Below are positions 9,478 to 19,023 of a stretch of DNA of 55,689 bases, piece by piece (position 1 is the stretch's first letter; each line of letters opens with the position of its first letter). The notes beneath the pieces are model-generated. The model was given only the letters and a program-made list of their open reading frames with translations. It searched no databases and was not told the DNA's origin. Origin of the DNA: Candidatus Methanophagaceae archaeon GoMg1 (GTDB lineage Archaea > Halobacteriota > Syntropharchaeia > Alkanophagales > Methanospirareceae). A program made the translations under genes and the position numbers. The stretch spans positions 1-55,689 of the forward strand of contig QBUL01000187.1 of the NCBI GenBank assembly GCA_013180605.1, read 5' to 3'.

Positions 9478-10629
9478 CTATACGAAACCAGGAGCTGAGG
9501 AAAACAGCGACCAGCGTCTATAACTCATGGATTTCTTCAGCCGCTGTACGGCGAGGTCCACGGCAACTTCCCGAGGCAGTATCCCTCTGGCTGCCGCATC
9601 CTCCAGCACCAGCCGGGTATTGCGCCGCAGCCTCTCCTCGATAGCCTGAAATGCCAACGACTGGCAGGCTCTTTGACACTCCATAGCCGCGCAGATCACG
9701 CCACCCGCGTTGGCGATAAAATCGGGAACGCAGAGCACTCCTTTCTCGTAAAGGTATTTTTCCGCACCGTAGGTGATGGGGATGTTGGCACCTTCGATTA
9801 CCAGCTTGGTTTTCAAGCGGTTTACGTTTTCCTCATCAATAACGTCAGGCTGCGCCGCTGGAATCCAGATATCGCACTCGATGTCAATCACTGCGTCACG
9901 GTGGAGCTTCTTTCCGTCCGGATAATCGGCTACACTCTTGCCCGCCTTCTTCAACTCGATCAATGCGTGGACATCAAGCCCTTGGGGATTGTAGATTGTC
10001 CCCCGGGAATCCGCTACACCCACCAGCATGGCACCCTTTTCCGTGAGGAAGCGGGCAGTGTGTTTACCCACGGCACCGAAGCCCTGGACTACGACCCGAG
10101 CCCCTTCCAAATCGAAGTCACAGTACTCAAGGGCGACATCTGTGACGTGGCTGATACCCCATCCAGTCGCCCCGATCTCGTCGAGGGGTATTCCGCCGAA
10201 TTCGCAGGGCAATCCCACCACCCTGCCGATCTCATCCTTTACCCAGGCCATGCATTCCTCATCGGTACCCATGTCCGGAGCGAATATATACTCTTGAATT
10301 TCTCGCAATGAGCTTGCAAAAGCCCGAATCAGTGTCTCTTTTTCTTTTTTCGGCATCTTCGGATCACCGTAGATCACCGACTTGCCGCCACCGTGAGGCA
10401 GATCGGCAGCGGCGTTCTTCAATGTCATGGTCCGTGCCAGCCGGAAGCACTCCTCCGTACTCACGTCAGGAGCCATGCGCAATCCGCCAATCGCCGGCCC
10501 TCTTGCTACGTTGTCCACCACCAGAACTGCCTTCAGCCCCACCGAAGGCTCATAAACGTGAATGACCTTTGTCGGTCCTAACTCATCCGCAAATCTAAAG
10601 ATGTCTTCCATCAAACTATTCCCTCGCAT
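9478..10629 (-). CDS. Glu/Leu/Phe/Val dehydrogenase
   Basis: GGLRM, GGGKS, APDMGT, QGFGAVG, EGAN and PDFIANAGGV motifs; GC-richer than neighbours. Confidence 0.92.
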   Translation of the reverse strand: MRGNSLMEDIFRFADELGPTKVIHVYEPSVGLKAVLVVDNVARGPAIGGLRMAPDVSTEECFRLARTMTLKNAAADLPHGGGKSVIYGDPKMPKKEKETLIRAFASSLREIQEYIFAPDMGTDEECMAWVKDEIGRVVGLPCEFGGIPLDEIGATGWGISHVTDVALEYCDFDLEGARVVVQGFGAVGKHTARFLTEKGAMLVGVADSRGTIYNPQGLDVHALIELKKAGKSVADYPDGKKLHRDAVIDIECDIWIPAAQPDVIDEENVNRLKTKLVIEGANIPITYGAEKYLYEKGVLCVPDFIANAGGVICAAMECQRACQSLAFQAIEERLRRNTRLVLEDAAARGILPREVAVDLAVQRLKKSMSYRRWSLFSSAPGFV

Positions 10630-10793
10630 CTAAAATTCTTTTATGTTCTTATATGTTGAAATGCTTACCATGAGTTTAATCCTTATGAGTGGAAAGCATG
10701 AATTTATATAAGGCATAAATCAGAGAGAGAATAATGGGCAATGTAGAATGAAAGGAAGGAAAATAAAGGAGAAAGAAGGTTCAGCCATAGTGA

Positions 10794-10906
10794 TGTATAT
10801 ACGAAGTACTTCAGATATACTGCCAAAAGGGAAGGATATACGAAATTCGTATATACCTCCAAATTGGAATGATATGCGATGTATTGCGGATATAACTAAG
10901 TTAAAC
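10794..10906 (+). other. attI-like site, type A copy 1
   Basis: Repeated (G/T)ATAT(A/G)C-type boxes ending in GTTAAAC at 10900; aligns with 37926-38005 on the minus strand. Confidence 0.65.
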
Positions 10907-10998
10907 TCAATCGAGAAAGAGGGCTAAAATTAAATGGGGGACAAAAATTAGAAAATGTAAACAAAGTTATATAAATTAGAAAATAATCTTAATTTATT

Positions 10999-12132
10999 AT
11001 GAAAGATGCAGATGAATTTTATAAACCTGCGATTAAGCAAAAAGTATTAATTGATGGAATTGCAGGCGAAACAATAGCAAAAGGCTCTACAGGAAAAATA
11101 ATTCAAAAAGGATTTCTGACTTCAGTTCAAACTAATTTTGCTTCTATTGCTAACAATCTAACATCTACTTTTTATTCGTATAATTCAAAAGATTTAGTTA
11201 ATAGTTCATTAATTATTATCAAAAAGGATAATACTGCAAAAATATACTCTAAATTTCCTTTATCTATGTTAATGAGAGCTAAGAAAGATATTAAAAAGGG
11301 AACATTAGTAAATAGAGAAGATATTTTTGATATTGCAAAACTTGAATTTAAGGATTCTGTTTACGAAGTTAACATTGAAGCTGACGATAAAATCATCTTT
11401 ATTTTTAGGATGGATTGGAAATTCGGCATATTTTTTGACTTCACTAAAAAAATAGATTCGGGAAAATTGAAAGAAGAGTTAGGTTATTGTTATAAGCGTT
11501 TATTTTTTTATGATTTGTACGCATTTCTTGAAAATGAAAATTATTTCAATGATTTAAGAGCGGATGGATGGTTTCCATTTATAAGAATTATTGGAAGAAA
11601 TTTTGATACGATAATGCAATACTACAAAGAAGACAAAAAACATGACTTCCAAATTGATGAATTAATCTCAGAATTCACAAAAGAAAAAATTGAATCATTT
11701 ACACAATATTGGTGGAAAAAACAATTATTTAATGATAAGAAAGGAATCATTGAAGCAGGAATTAATTCTTTTTTACAAAATGATAAAAATGGATTTATTA
11801 CATGTTTACATACACTTTATCCTCAAATAGAAGGAATTATGGGTTTTGATTATTTTAATGTCAATGGCAAAAAACCTTCATTTAGAGAACTTATAGACCA
11901 TATAAAACAAAAAGCAGAGTCTAAATTTAACACAGTTTCATCAACAGGATTTCCTACGGAATTTTATGAATATCTAAAAAAGACTGTTTTTGAAAATTTT
12001 GATCTTGCAACAGGAAAGGTTGATTTATCTAGACACACAACATCCCATGGATATGCTAATGCAGATGATTTTAACAAGGCGAAAGCACTCCAAGCAATTC
12101 TAATTTTAGACCAAATATACTTCTATTTGTAA
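10999..12132 (+). CDS. Cassette-borne protein with C-terminal HEPN-like motif
   Basis: IEG...SRHTTSHG (Rx4H); AT-rich; bounded by a GTT core and attC. Confidence 0.65.
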   Translation: MKDADEFYKPAIKQKVLIDGIAGETIAKGSTGKIIQKGFLTSVQTNFASIANNLTSTFYSYNSKDLVNSSLIIIKKDNTAKIYSKFPLSMLMRAKKDIKKGTLVNREDIFDIAKLEFKDSVYEVNIEADDKIIFIFRMDWKFGIFFDFTKKIDSGKLKEELGYCYKRLFFYDLYAFLENENYFNDLRADGWFPFIRIIGRNFDTIMQYYKEDKKHDFQIDELISEFTKEKIESFTQYWWKKQLFNDKKGIIEAGINSFLQNDKNGFITCLHTLYPQIEGIMGFDYFNVNGKKPSFRELIDHIKQKAESKFNTVSSTGFPTEFYEYLKKTVFENFDLATGKVDLSRHTTSHGYANADDFNKAKALQAILILDQIYFYL

Positions 12133-12252
12133 TTTTTGTCCCATCGATTTAGTTCTTTATGTATCGCATTCGCTCTTTAGATAGAACGCCCTCTTTCTCG
12201 ACTTTGATTTTTCCCTTCGGGACGTTGCACTAAAAATCAATCCTAACGGAGA

Positions 12253-12342
12253 GTTCAACAGGGATTATGAGGTTACGAAGTCTTGCAGACTTCTCCACCC
12301 AAATTCGCCTAAGGCGAACTTCTCATAATCCTGATGTTAAGC
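12253..12342 (+). other. attC-like site
   Basis: GTTCAAC (RYYYAAC) to GTTAAGC (GTTRRRY); arms GGATTATGAG and CTCATAATCC. Confidence 0.75.
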
Positions 12343-12508
12343 AAAATTAAAAAGATACAGGAAGAATCAACGTATGAACTCAAAAATCATCATTACTTTG
12401 TCAGCTTTTGTTTACAGGCTTTGTATTTTTTTGATTTAACTTTTGCACTTTGCACTTTTCATTTTGCGTTGTCTGCTCAAAAATCCACCGATTTTTTAGC
12501 AGATACGG

Positions 12509-13210
12509 TCATTGTAACACCACTCTCGCATCCACTGCCACTGCCCCCTCTTCATAAACCAAAAGGGGGTTTATTTCTATTTCTTTTATCTCTTCTATCT
12601 CCAGTAAGACCTCAGACAGCTTCATAACGGTGGATGCCAGTTTCTCTATGTCAACCGGCTTCGAACCTCTGAATCCTGTCAACAGTGGGTAACTCTTTAC
12701 CTCTCGCATCATATCAAAAACCTCTTCTCTGTCCAGCGGTGCAAGCCTGAAGCTCACGTCCTTCACGAGTTCCACGGCAATGCCCCCTGTGCCGAACATA
12801 ACAGCAGGACCAAATTGCGGGTCCCTCAAGCCCCCTATTATCAGCTCTATACCCGTGGGGACGGTCTCCTCTAAAAGAAAACCCGCTATCCTTGCCTTTG
12901 GTGCTTTTTCTGCAAGATTCTTCTTCAGCTCCCTCAAGGCAACGCTCGCTTCTTCGCTGTCTTTTATACCTGTTATTACCCCACCAAACTCCCTTTTATG
13001 AAGGATGTCTTGCGATACCACTTTGAGAACAAGAGGAGGAGTAATCTCCTTTGATTTTATTGCCACATCATCCAGCCCTTCGACCAAAACCGATTTGGGC
13101 ACCTGTATGCCCCATGCAGATACCAGTGCTTTCGCCTCCGGCTCAAAGAGGGCTTGCCTGCCTGCGTTTAAGGCATTAATGACGAGCTTTTTAGCTTCTT
13201 CTTTGTTCAT
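12509..13210 (-). CDS. acdB: ADP-forming acyl/acetyl-CoA synthetase beta (ATP-grasp) subunit
   Basis: LKVVSQDILHK, RDPQFGPAVMFGTGG, EIEINPL and AVDARV motifs. Confidence 0.9.
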   Translation of the reverse strand: MNKEEAKKLVINALNAGRQALFEPEAKALVSAWGIQVPKSVLVEGLDDVAIKSKEITPPLVLKVVSQDILHKREFGGVITGIKDSEEASVALRELKKNLAEKAPKARIAGFLLEETVPTGIELIIGGLRDPQFGPAVMFGTGGIAVELVKDVSFRLAPLDREEVFDMMREVKSYPLLTGFRGSKPVDIEKLASTVMKLSEVLLEIEEIKEIEINPLLVYEEGAVAVDARVVLQ

Positions 13211-13343
13211 TGTACATAAAGTATAACTTCCTTATATTTAAGACGCAGATTAACACGGATTTACGCGGATTTTAAGTTTAATTTTAATATTGTTGATTGT
13301 TGATCTTTATCATCTGTGTTAATCTGCGTTAATCTGTGTCAAT
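13211..13343. repeat. Empty GxxExxY-associated inverted-repeat element
   Basis: gacgcagattaacacggatttacgcggatt ... atctgtgttaatctgcgttaatctgtgtc with a conserved flank abutting the acdB ATG. Confidence 0.8.
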
Positions 13344-13356
13344 AAATAAAAAAAAT

Positions 13357-13395
13357 TGAGAAATAATAGAATAAGGATAAAAAGCAATGTTAGCG
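13357..13395 (+). other. attI-like site, type B copy 1
   Basis: 28/35 identical, ungapped, to 15352-15386; ends in the GTT that starts the cassette. Confidence 0.7.
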
Positions 13396-13456
13396 CGCAC
13401 GATCAGGGCAATATGGTTATGTTTAGCATACTTCTGTATTAGTAGGAGACCAACCA

Positions 13457-14707
13457 ATGCAGAATATTGACCTCTATTACGAGTCTCTTAAACAAGTATA
13501 CGATCAAATTGAGAGCTGGGAGCATAATCCTTCCTTACGCGAGAGATTTGTAGACTGGTTGGTCGGCATAAGCGGGGTCCTATTTGTTCTATCGCTAATA
13601 CCTATATTCCCTGCAATACTTGTATTTGTTGGTAGCCAAACAGGTCTTGTCATTGGGCCTATCAATTTAAGCGTGGCCACTTTTGGACAATTCATACTCG
13701 TCTGGATCATCACCACTGTGGTCACAGGGCCTATTCTTGGATTAATGGTTTGGATAGACAACAAAGTGGATTCCGCAGTTGAAGAGTCAAAGAGACCGCC
13801 ACAAACACTTTCACCAGAACAGCTAACATTCGTAGCTGTTTACGAGAGCTACAATGAGCTCAAGACATTCTTCGTGAGTCATATTGAACAACACGTCAAC
13901 AACTCCTTGAAAGCCTTGAAAAGAATAGTGTCTCGTAGAATGCTATGGCGAGCTTCGCCTTCGGCATTACATATCATTGGAGAAGATATCGACGTTGGCC
14001 CTCACGAACGAGAACTCTCATACCGAGAAATGTATGTGCGGGAGCATCGCTCCTTTCAGAAATCTACTTCTAGCTTGGCAATGCAAGTGTCAGTCGCTCA
14101 ATCATTTCTGAACATCTTTGAAAAATACGCTTGGTTCCAATTGGATACTGCAACCAAGTCTGTACTTCAAGCGCTCATATCATTCCCTGCTAAGATATAC
14201 TATCGCCTTTTAGAGAAAGAAGACCTCCCAATCGTTCTTAGCATTTTGGAGAACCTGAGCAAGTTTATTTACGCTTATCTGCCGGAACATCAAACCTATA
14301 TGGAGCCCGAGGCGCTTCAGAGGTTACAGAATGATGGCCGCAAAGCATTAGATTCTTTTGTGCAACAAATAAATGACCTCGCCCCTTATCGGCCCGTCGT
14401 GGAAAAAGGAGAAAAACGGCTAAAACCAGAAATCCCTCCTCTTGGTTTCAAGAAAAATTTATCGAGGCTCTACGCGGACAATGTTTTCTTCAGATTCACA
14501 CTCTGGTTCATAATCATTCTGCTGCTTACCTCAGGAATAGTGTATCTCGTAAATCAACGGGTAGCACAACTAGACATTAACGTTATGGTAAGCGTGGTCA
14601 TCGGAGCGAGTGCCACAGGGGCTGCAGCATTGGCTGCCTTTACGCAAAAAGCTTCAAAGGAAAAAGTTGAACAAGAAGACCAAAGAAACGAATCTGACGA
14701 AGACTGA
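13457..14707 (+). CDS. Cassette-borne membrane protein (2 N-terminal and 2 C-terminal TM segments)
   Basis: RBS aggag; cassette start GTTAGCGCGCAC is complementary (10/12) to end GTGCGGGCTAAT. Confidence 0.75.
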   Translation: MQNIDLYYESLKQVYDQIESWEHNPSLRERFVDWLVGISGVLFVLSLIPIFPAILVFVGSQTGLVIGPINLSVATFGQFILVWIITTVVTGPILGLMVWIDNKVDSAVEESKRPPQTLSPEQLTFVAVYESYNELKTFFVSHIEQHVNNSLKALKRIVSRRMLWRASPSALHIIGEDIDVGPHERELSYREMYVREHRSFQKSTSSLAMQVSVAQSFLNIFEKYAWFQLDTATKSVLQALISFPAKIYYRLLEKEDLPIVLSILENLSKFIYAYLPEHQTYMEPEALQRLQNDGRKALDSFVQQINDLAPYRPVVEKGEKRLKPEIPPLGFKKNLSRLYADNVFFRFTLWFIIILLLTSGIVYLVNQRVAQLDINVMVSVVIGASATGAAALAAFTQKASKEKVEQEDQRNESDED

Positions 14708-14728
14708 TTTGTATAGCAATGATGTGCG

Positions 14729-14860
14729 GGCTAATCACGGCTTGCACCCGACCCGGCCAATCGCGGCCCGAATTTGAAAGGAGCACCGTTGTTGTAGGGC
14801 GACTTGTGTCGGGCAATGTACTGCAAACCCGCCGGGCAGGTGAAGCCGGTACCGTTATCT
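14729..14860 (+). other. attC site, classical bacterial style
   Basis: GGCTTGCACCCGACCCGGC pairs with GCCGGGCAGGTGAAGCC with bulged bases; ends at GTTATCT. R'' reads TAAT rather than TAAC. Confidence 0.75.
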
Positions 14861-14950
14861 TATCTATGAAGGAGCACTGTCGAACATGTTTGTAACTTAT
14901 ACAGGATCGTTGTTGCGATAGAAACCGGACAGGTTTACCATCTGCTCCGT

Positions 14951-15215
14951 TTAGTTGTCCAGCGGGCTGCGGACAACGAGAACGTTCCTCGTAGCTACAG
15001 GGGTACAGATCATAGTGTCAAGTTTTGATGACTCAGGAGTTTCTGAATCGTCCTGATGACATAACCATTTTCCAATAAATGTGTCGGGAAGCTATGTCTT
15101 AGTGTATGAACAAAGGCATTTTTCGTAATGCCTGCTTTTTCAACCACGGTTTTGGAAGCCATCTGCGGTGATGCCAAGTGTACATGGTAACGGCTGACCG
15201 TAAGGAATTTTAATG
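14951..15215 (-). pseudogene. intI: Integron integrase C-terminal remnant
   Basis: [41 protein letters not shown], then frameshift to [21 protein letters not shown]. The catalytic Tyr position reads Cys and the N-terminus is missing. Confidence 0.88.
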
Positions 15216-15351
15216 GTAAAAAAGGATAAAAGCCTCCTGTTTTATGTAATAAAAGTAATAAAAGACGTAGGTGGACATAGAGCACGAGATGAGTTTATGA
15301 TAGTCTTAAGAGGTATTGCCAAATTAATTGCTACAGTTATTTATATGCAAG

Positions 15352-15390
15352 TGAGAAATAATAGAACAAAGATGGGAAACAGTGTTATAG
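15352..15390 (+). other. attI-like site, type B copy 2 (divergent from intI)
   Basis: Canonical intI-attI-cassette geometry; GTT at 15384. Confidence 0.72.
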
Positions 15391-15399
15391 GAAAATAAT

Positions 15400-16353
15400 A
15401 TGAAGAAAATTCTCGATGATTTATTCATTTCCTTAATTATTACTTTGGTTATTTTGGGATTTAATTCTTTCATTGGTTCTTTCATTGGTACACCCAAATG
15501 GCACCACTATATATTTGCATTAATTGTACTTTTCTTAGTTAAGTGGCTCATTTTGCCATGGGTGTGGAAAGAAATAAAAGCTATTAAGAATTGGGCCAGA
15601 AAGAAATTCTCCAAAATAGGCATTTTAAACGGCAGTATTTTTGATCCAGCGAAAGAATTCCGTTGCCAAAAGGCATGGACAAATGTAACGGCAAGCATGT
15701 GGAATTCTGAACTAAAAAGGAATCTTAAGACAAGAAAAAAAATTCAAATGATTTCAACTTCTCAAATAGATGATAGTTTTTCTCTTATCATCAACCCCTT
15801 TGGTGATATCTATCCAGAAAAAAATACCAAATCGCATGAAACATTTGATGAAATTAAAAATTTTATTAAACAGGGGGGCATTTTTGTTTGTACTGGTGGC
15901 GCTTTCTTTTCTCATCAAGATACAATACATTTACAAGAATCTGATTGGGTATTCAAGCGCACTATAAATGGAGTCCAATCCTTAAAGGAATCTTTGCTTT
16001 ATTATGGTTTTGGAGTTGAAACAACAGGTGATGTATTTGTTAATGGTAGGGCATTAATGCAAGAACCAACGGAAGTCGAGATATATCAAAAAGAAGAAGA
16101 TAAAATTTATACTGGCAATCTATCTACTGCGACAAAAATAAAACGATTTAGAGCCCTAATCCCACAAACATCAGAATATATTCCATTTATTCGCGAAAAA
16201 AATGATGTATCGTTTCCAGTAGCTGCAGTAAGATTAGGAGAAGGATACTTGCTTCATGCGGGAATATATTTAGAATCGGTAAGATCAAATGAATTTAAAT
16301 TATTGATAGAAATTATTAAAAATTTAGTTGATTCGGAATTTAAAAACCTATAA
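15400..16353 (+). CDS. Cassette-borne protein: 2 TM segments plus GATase-like domain
   Basis: IINPFGDIYPE and FIKQGGIFVCTGG; cassette starts GTTATAGG and ends CCTATAAC (perfect complement). Confidence 0.75.
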   Translation: MKKILDDLFISLIITLVILGFNSFIGSFIGTPKWHHYIFALIVLFLVKWLILPWVWKEIKAIKNWARKKFSKIGILNGSIFDPAKEFRCQKAWTNVTASMWNSELKRNLKTRKKIQMISTSQIDDSFSLIINPFGDIYPEKNTKSHETFDEIKNFIKQGGIFVCTGGAFFSHQDTIHLQESDWVFKRTINGVQSLKESLLYYGFGVETTGDVFVNGRALMQEPTEVEIYQKEEDKIYTGNLSTATKIKRFRALIPQTSEYIPFIREKNDVSFPVAAVRLGEGYLLHAGIYLESVRSNEFKLLIEIIKNLVDSEFKNL

Positions 16354-16423
16354 CAACTCAATCGAGCAGACTTAAACTCGCGCTTTCAGCGCTCGCTTAA
16401 GCCGCTTATTTCGAATCTTAGGC
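16348..16423 (+). other. attC-like site with degenerate R' (CTTAGGC)
   Basis: CTATAAC overlaps the stop codon; hairpin cttaaactcgcgc/gcgctcgcttaag. Confidence 0.65.
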
Positions 16424-16449
16424 ACTGAGGACTTTGTTCGTCGAGGCAC

Positions 16450-16719
16450 TTGATGAAGGTATTCTTGAGCCATAGTCACCGAGCTAAAGCCCTTGTCCGG
16501 GCGGATCCGCTCGTACCGGCCCAAAAATATATCCATGTGGATAGACGAGTACGATCTCCTGATAGTGCAGACATTAACGCGCCGATAAGAACTGCGATCC
16601 AAGAAGAGGCGGATTTCGTGATAGTTTGCCTCGGTCAGGAGGCAATGAAATCTGAATGGGTCAGGAGAGAGTTTGAATGGACACTTGAAAGAGAGAAGTT
16701 CCTTTCAAATTTCAAATAA
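16450..16719 (+). pseudogene. Truncated TIR-domain cassette gene
   Basis: MKVFLSHSH ... AIQEEADFVIVCL..EAMKSEWVRREFEW. Confidence 0.75.
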
Positions 16720-16752
16720 CGCATAATCCTATTCATCTATGTTTTTGATAAC

Positions 16753-18117
16753 TTACCTCTTACCACCAGCTAATACCGCTGCCGCCCTCGCTGCGCTTTC
16801 TGGCGTATAAAATACGGGCATACCTTTTTCTTCGAAGTGCTTTGCCATTCTCCTTGTAAACTCACCACCTGGGCTGCATACGATCATCGGTTTATTATAT
16901 GTATCCCTGACCTCTTTTAGTTTATCTACCAGTCGTTCAGTGATTTCCGGTGGACCCCATAGCACAGCTACAATGACAATATCATATTCTTCCCTCAAAC
17001 CCGCCTCAAGGGCAATCACGTAATCCTCATCTGTAACACTACCGGTCAGGTCTATGGGATTACCCGTAGCGGAGAACCCGGGAAGTTTGGAGCTCAGGCG
17101 TTTTCTCGTCTCCTCTGTAAGACCGGTCACTTCAAGTCCCAAATCCTCACAAGTATCTGCTATACTTATGCCGACGCCTCCACCATCCGTTACAATCAAA
17201 ACCTTTTTCCCCTCGACCAATCCATAGGTGTTCAAAACCTTACAGGCATCCTTTAACCCTTCGTATCCGTCCACCTCTATTATCCCTGCCTTTTTAAATG
17301 CTGCCCTGTATATTTCATACCTCCCGCATATTGCCCCCGTATGGGACCTGGCAGCATGAACCCCCGCCTCCCTTTTGCCCACCTTCACGGCAACAACGGG
17401 CTTTTTCTTTGTGCATCGGGATGCCACATCTACAAACCTCCTTCCGTCGTCTACCGATTCTATGTATAAGACAATAACCTTCGTTGCCTCATCATCCATC
17501 AAGAAATTGAGACAATCGGTCTCTCCAACGTCAACTCTATTCCCATAACTCACAATCCTTGCCACTCCAATACCTTCTGATGCCATCTCATCCACGATCA
17601 TTTCAGCAAAAGAACCGCTCTGAGTGAGTATGGACAGCCCGCCTCTTTTAAGTCTCTTCATCCTATCCACAGGTATAAAGAAGGTATCTATCCTGGACAC
17701 GGTATCATATATACCCAAACAGTTTGGACCGATGATCCTTATCCCCTTCCTTTCAACAATCTCTTTTAGTTCTTCCTCTAACCTCCTCCCTGCATCCCCC
17801 ATCTCCTTGAAACCCGCACTGACAATGATTGCACCCCTGACATTTTCGACGGGCTTCAGGCACTCTATGACCCTTGGGGCAGGGAGTGCAAAGATAGCCA
17901 CATCAATATCGTCCTTTATTTCGGCTATTGAGCGGTAGCACTTGCAGCCGTTGATATATGAATATTTTGGATTTACCAGATAGATCGCCCCCTTAAAACC
18001 AATTCTCTTAAGGCTTCCCAATATAACATGAGAAGGTTTTTCAGGGATCGGCGAAGCTCCAACAATGGCGATGGATTTAGGGCTAAAGAAGAAGCTTATG
18101 TCTGTTCCAATACTCAT
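16753..18117 (-). CDS. acdA: ADP-forming acyl/acetyl-CoA synthetase alpha subunit
   Basis: SIAIVGAS, IIGPNCLG, SHTG phospho-His motif and NPIDLTG. Confidence 0.9.
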   Translation of the reverse strand: MSIGTDISFFFSPKSIAIVGASPIPEKPSHVILGSLKRIGFKGAIYLVNPKYSYINGCKCYRSIAEIKDDIDVAIFALPAPRVIECLKPVENVRGAIIVSAGFKEMGDAGRRLEEELKEIVERKGIRIIGPNCLGIYDTVSRIDTFFIPVDRMKRLKRGGLSILTQSGSFAEMIVDEMASEGIGVARIVSYGNRVDVGETDCLNFLMDDEATKVIVLYIESVDDGRRFVDVASRCTKKKPVVAVKVGKREAGVHAARSHTGAICGRYEIYRAAFKKAGIIEVDGYEGLKDACKVLNTYGLVEGKKVLIVTDGGGVGISIADTCEDLGLEVTGLTEETRKRLSSKLPGFSATGNPIDLTGSVTDEDYVIALEAGLREEYDIVIVAVLWGPPEITERLVDKLKEVRDTYNKPMIVCSPGGEFTRRMAKHFEEKGMPVFYTPESAARAAAVLAGGKR

Positions 18118-19018
18118 TTACCATCTCCTGAATCTTATTCAGCGCCTCTTCCCTTCTCACTGGTTTAAAGAGATGGGCGAACCTTCCTTGTTCTTTTAGA
18201 TAATCTTCCACAGGCTTAAATCTTTTTGGAACAACCGTATGTTTTACCTCACCAAAAACAGCCTCTTTTAATGCCCAGATACCTGTATCAACCGCCAGTT
18301 TTGCAAGTTTAACAGAGTAGGACGAGTCTATTCCCCATCCAGGAGGACAGGGAGAAAGGGCTATAAAGAGTTTGGGTCCTTTGTACTGTTCTGCCTTTTT
18401 AAACTTGTTAATCAAATCAACAGGGTGGGCTGGCGAGATGGTGGCAAGATAGGGTGGCTTGTGACTATTCCATATCTCAAAGAGGTCTTTCTTTGGAAGC
18501 TCCGATCCTATTGGACTTATCCTTCCTGGAGGAGTTGTTCCAGTCTTTGATGCAAATGGTGTTGCCCCGGACCGCTGGAAGCCGGTATTTCCGTATGCTT
18601 CATTATCGTAACAGATATAATAGAAGTCGAGGTTGCGGTAGATAGCCCCAGATGTAGACGAAAGGCCCATATCGTAAGCAGCCCCATCGCCCGTCAATAC
18701 TACTACCTTCAAATCCTCTTCTGGGTCGAGCCTACTCTTTTTTACCAATATATCCAGAGCATCACGAATCCCTTGCGCACCGGCAGGGGCACATGCCATT
18801 GCGGTATAAAGCCATGAATTCTTAAAAGGGGTAAAGGGATAGATGGAAAGGAGGGTAAAGCAACCGGCAGCATTTACGATAACAACCCTTTTACCCAGTG
18901 CTTTCATACAGTGCCTCAGTGCCAAAAGCCCCCCACAACCCGCACAAGTAGGAGTGCCTGGGAGTACGTTCTCTTCAGGGGGTAGGTCTTTAATAGATTT
19001 GATACGCTCTATCTCCAT
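18083..19018 (-). CDS. porB: 2-oxoacid:ferredoxin oxidoreductase beta subunit
   Basis: CAGCG, GDG..YD, DNEAYGNTGFQ and SPCP motifs; start at MEIERIK. Confidence 0.88.
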   Translation of the reverse strand: MEIERIKSIKDLPPEENVLPGTPTCAGCGGLLALRHCMKALGKRVVIVNAAGCFTLLSIYPFTPFKNSWLYTAMACAPAGAQGIRDALDILVKKSRLDPEEDLKVVVLTGDGAAYDMGLSSTSGAIYRNLDFYYICYDNEAYGNTGFQRSGATPFASKTGTTPPGRISPIGSELPKKDLFEIWNSHKPPYLATISPAHPVDLINKFKKAEQYKGPKLFIALSPCPPGWGIDSSYSVKLAKLAVDTGIWALKEAVFGEVKHTVVPKRFKPVEDYLKEQGRFAHLFKPVRREEALNKIQEMVNEYWNRHKLLL

Positions 19019-19023
19019 TTCTT

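Noticed and set aside
9673-10311. Long antisense ORFs (this one, 43297-44025, 4513-5196, 55195-55683 and similar)
   Set aside because: Shadows of well-supported genes on the opposite strand.
10794-10900. GATATAC repeats as a mini-CRISPR
   Set aside because: Units are short and degenerate with no unique spacers or cas genes; an att-type site explains them better.
12334-12627. ORFs 12334-12627, 36283-36474, 36330-36635 and 37866-38057
   Set aside because: They translate att sites or repeat DNA and have no protein-like motifs.
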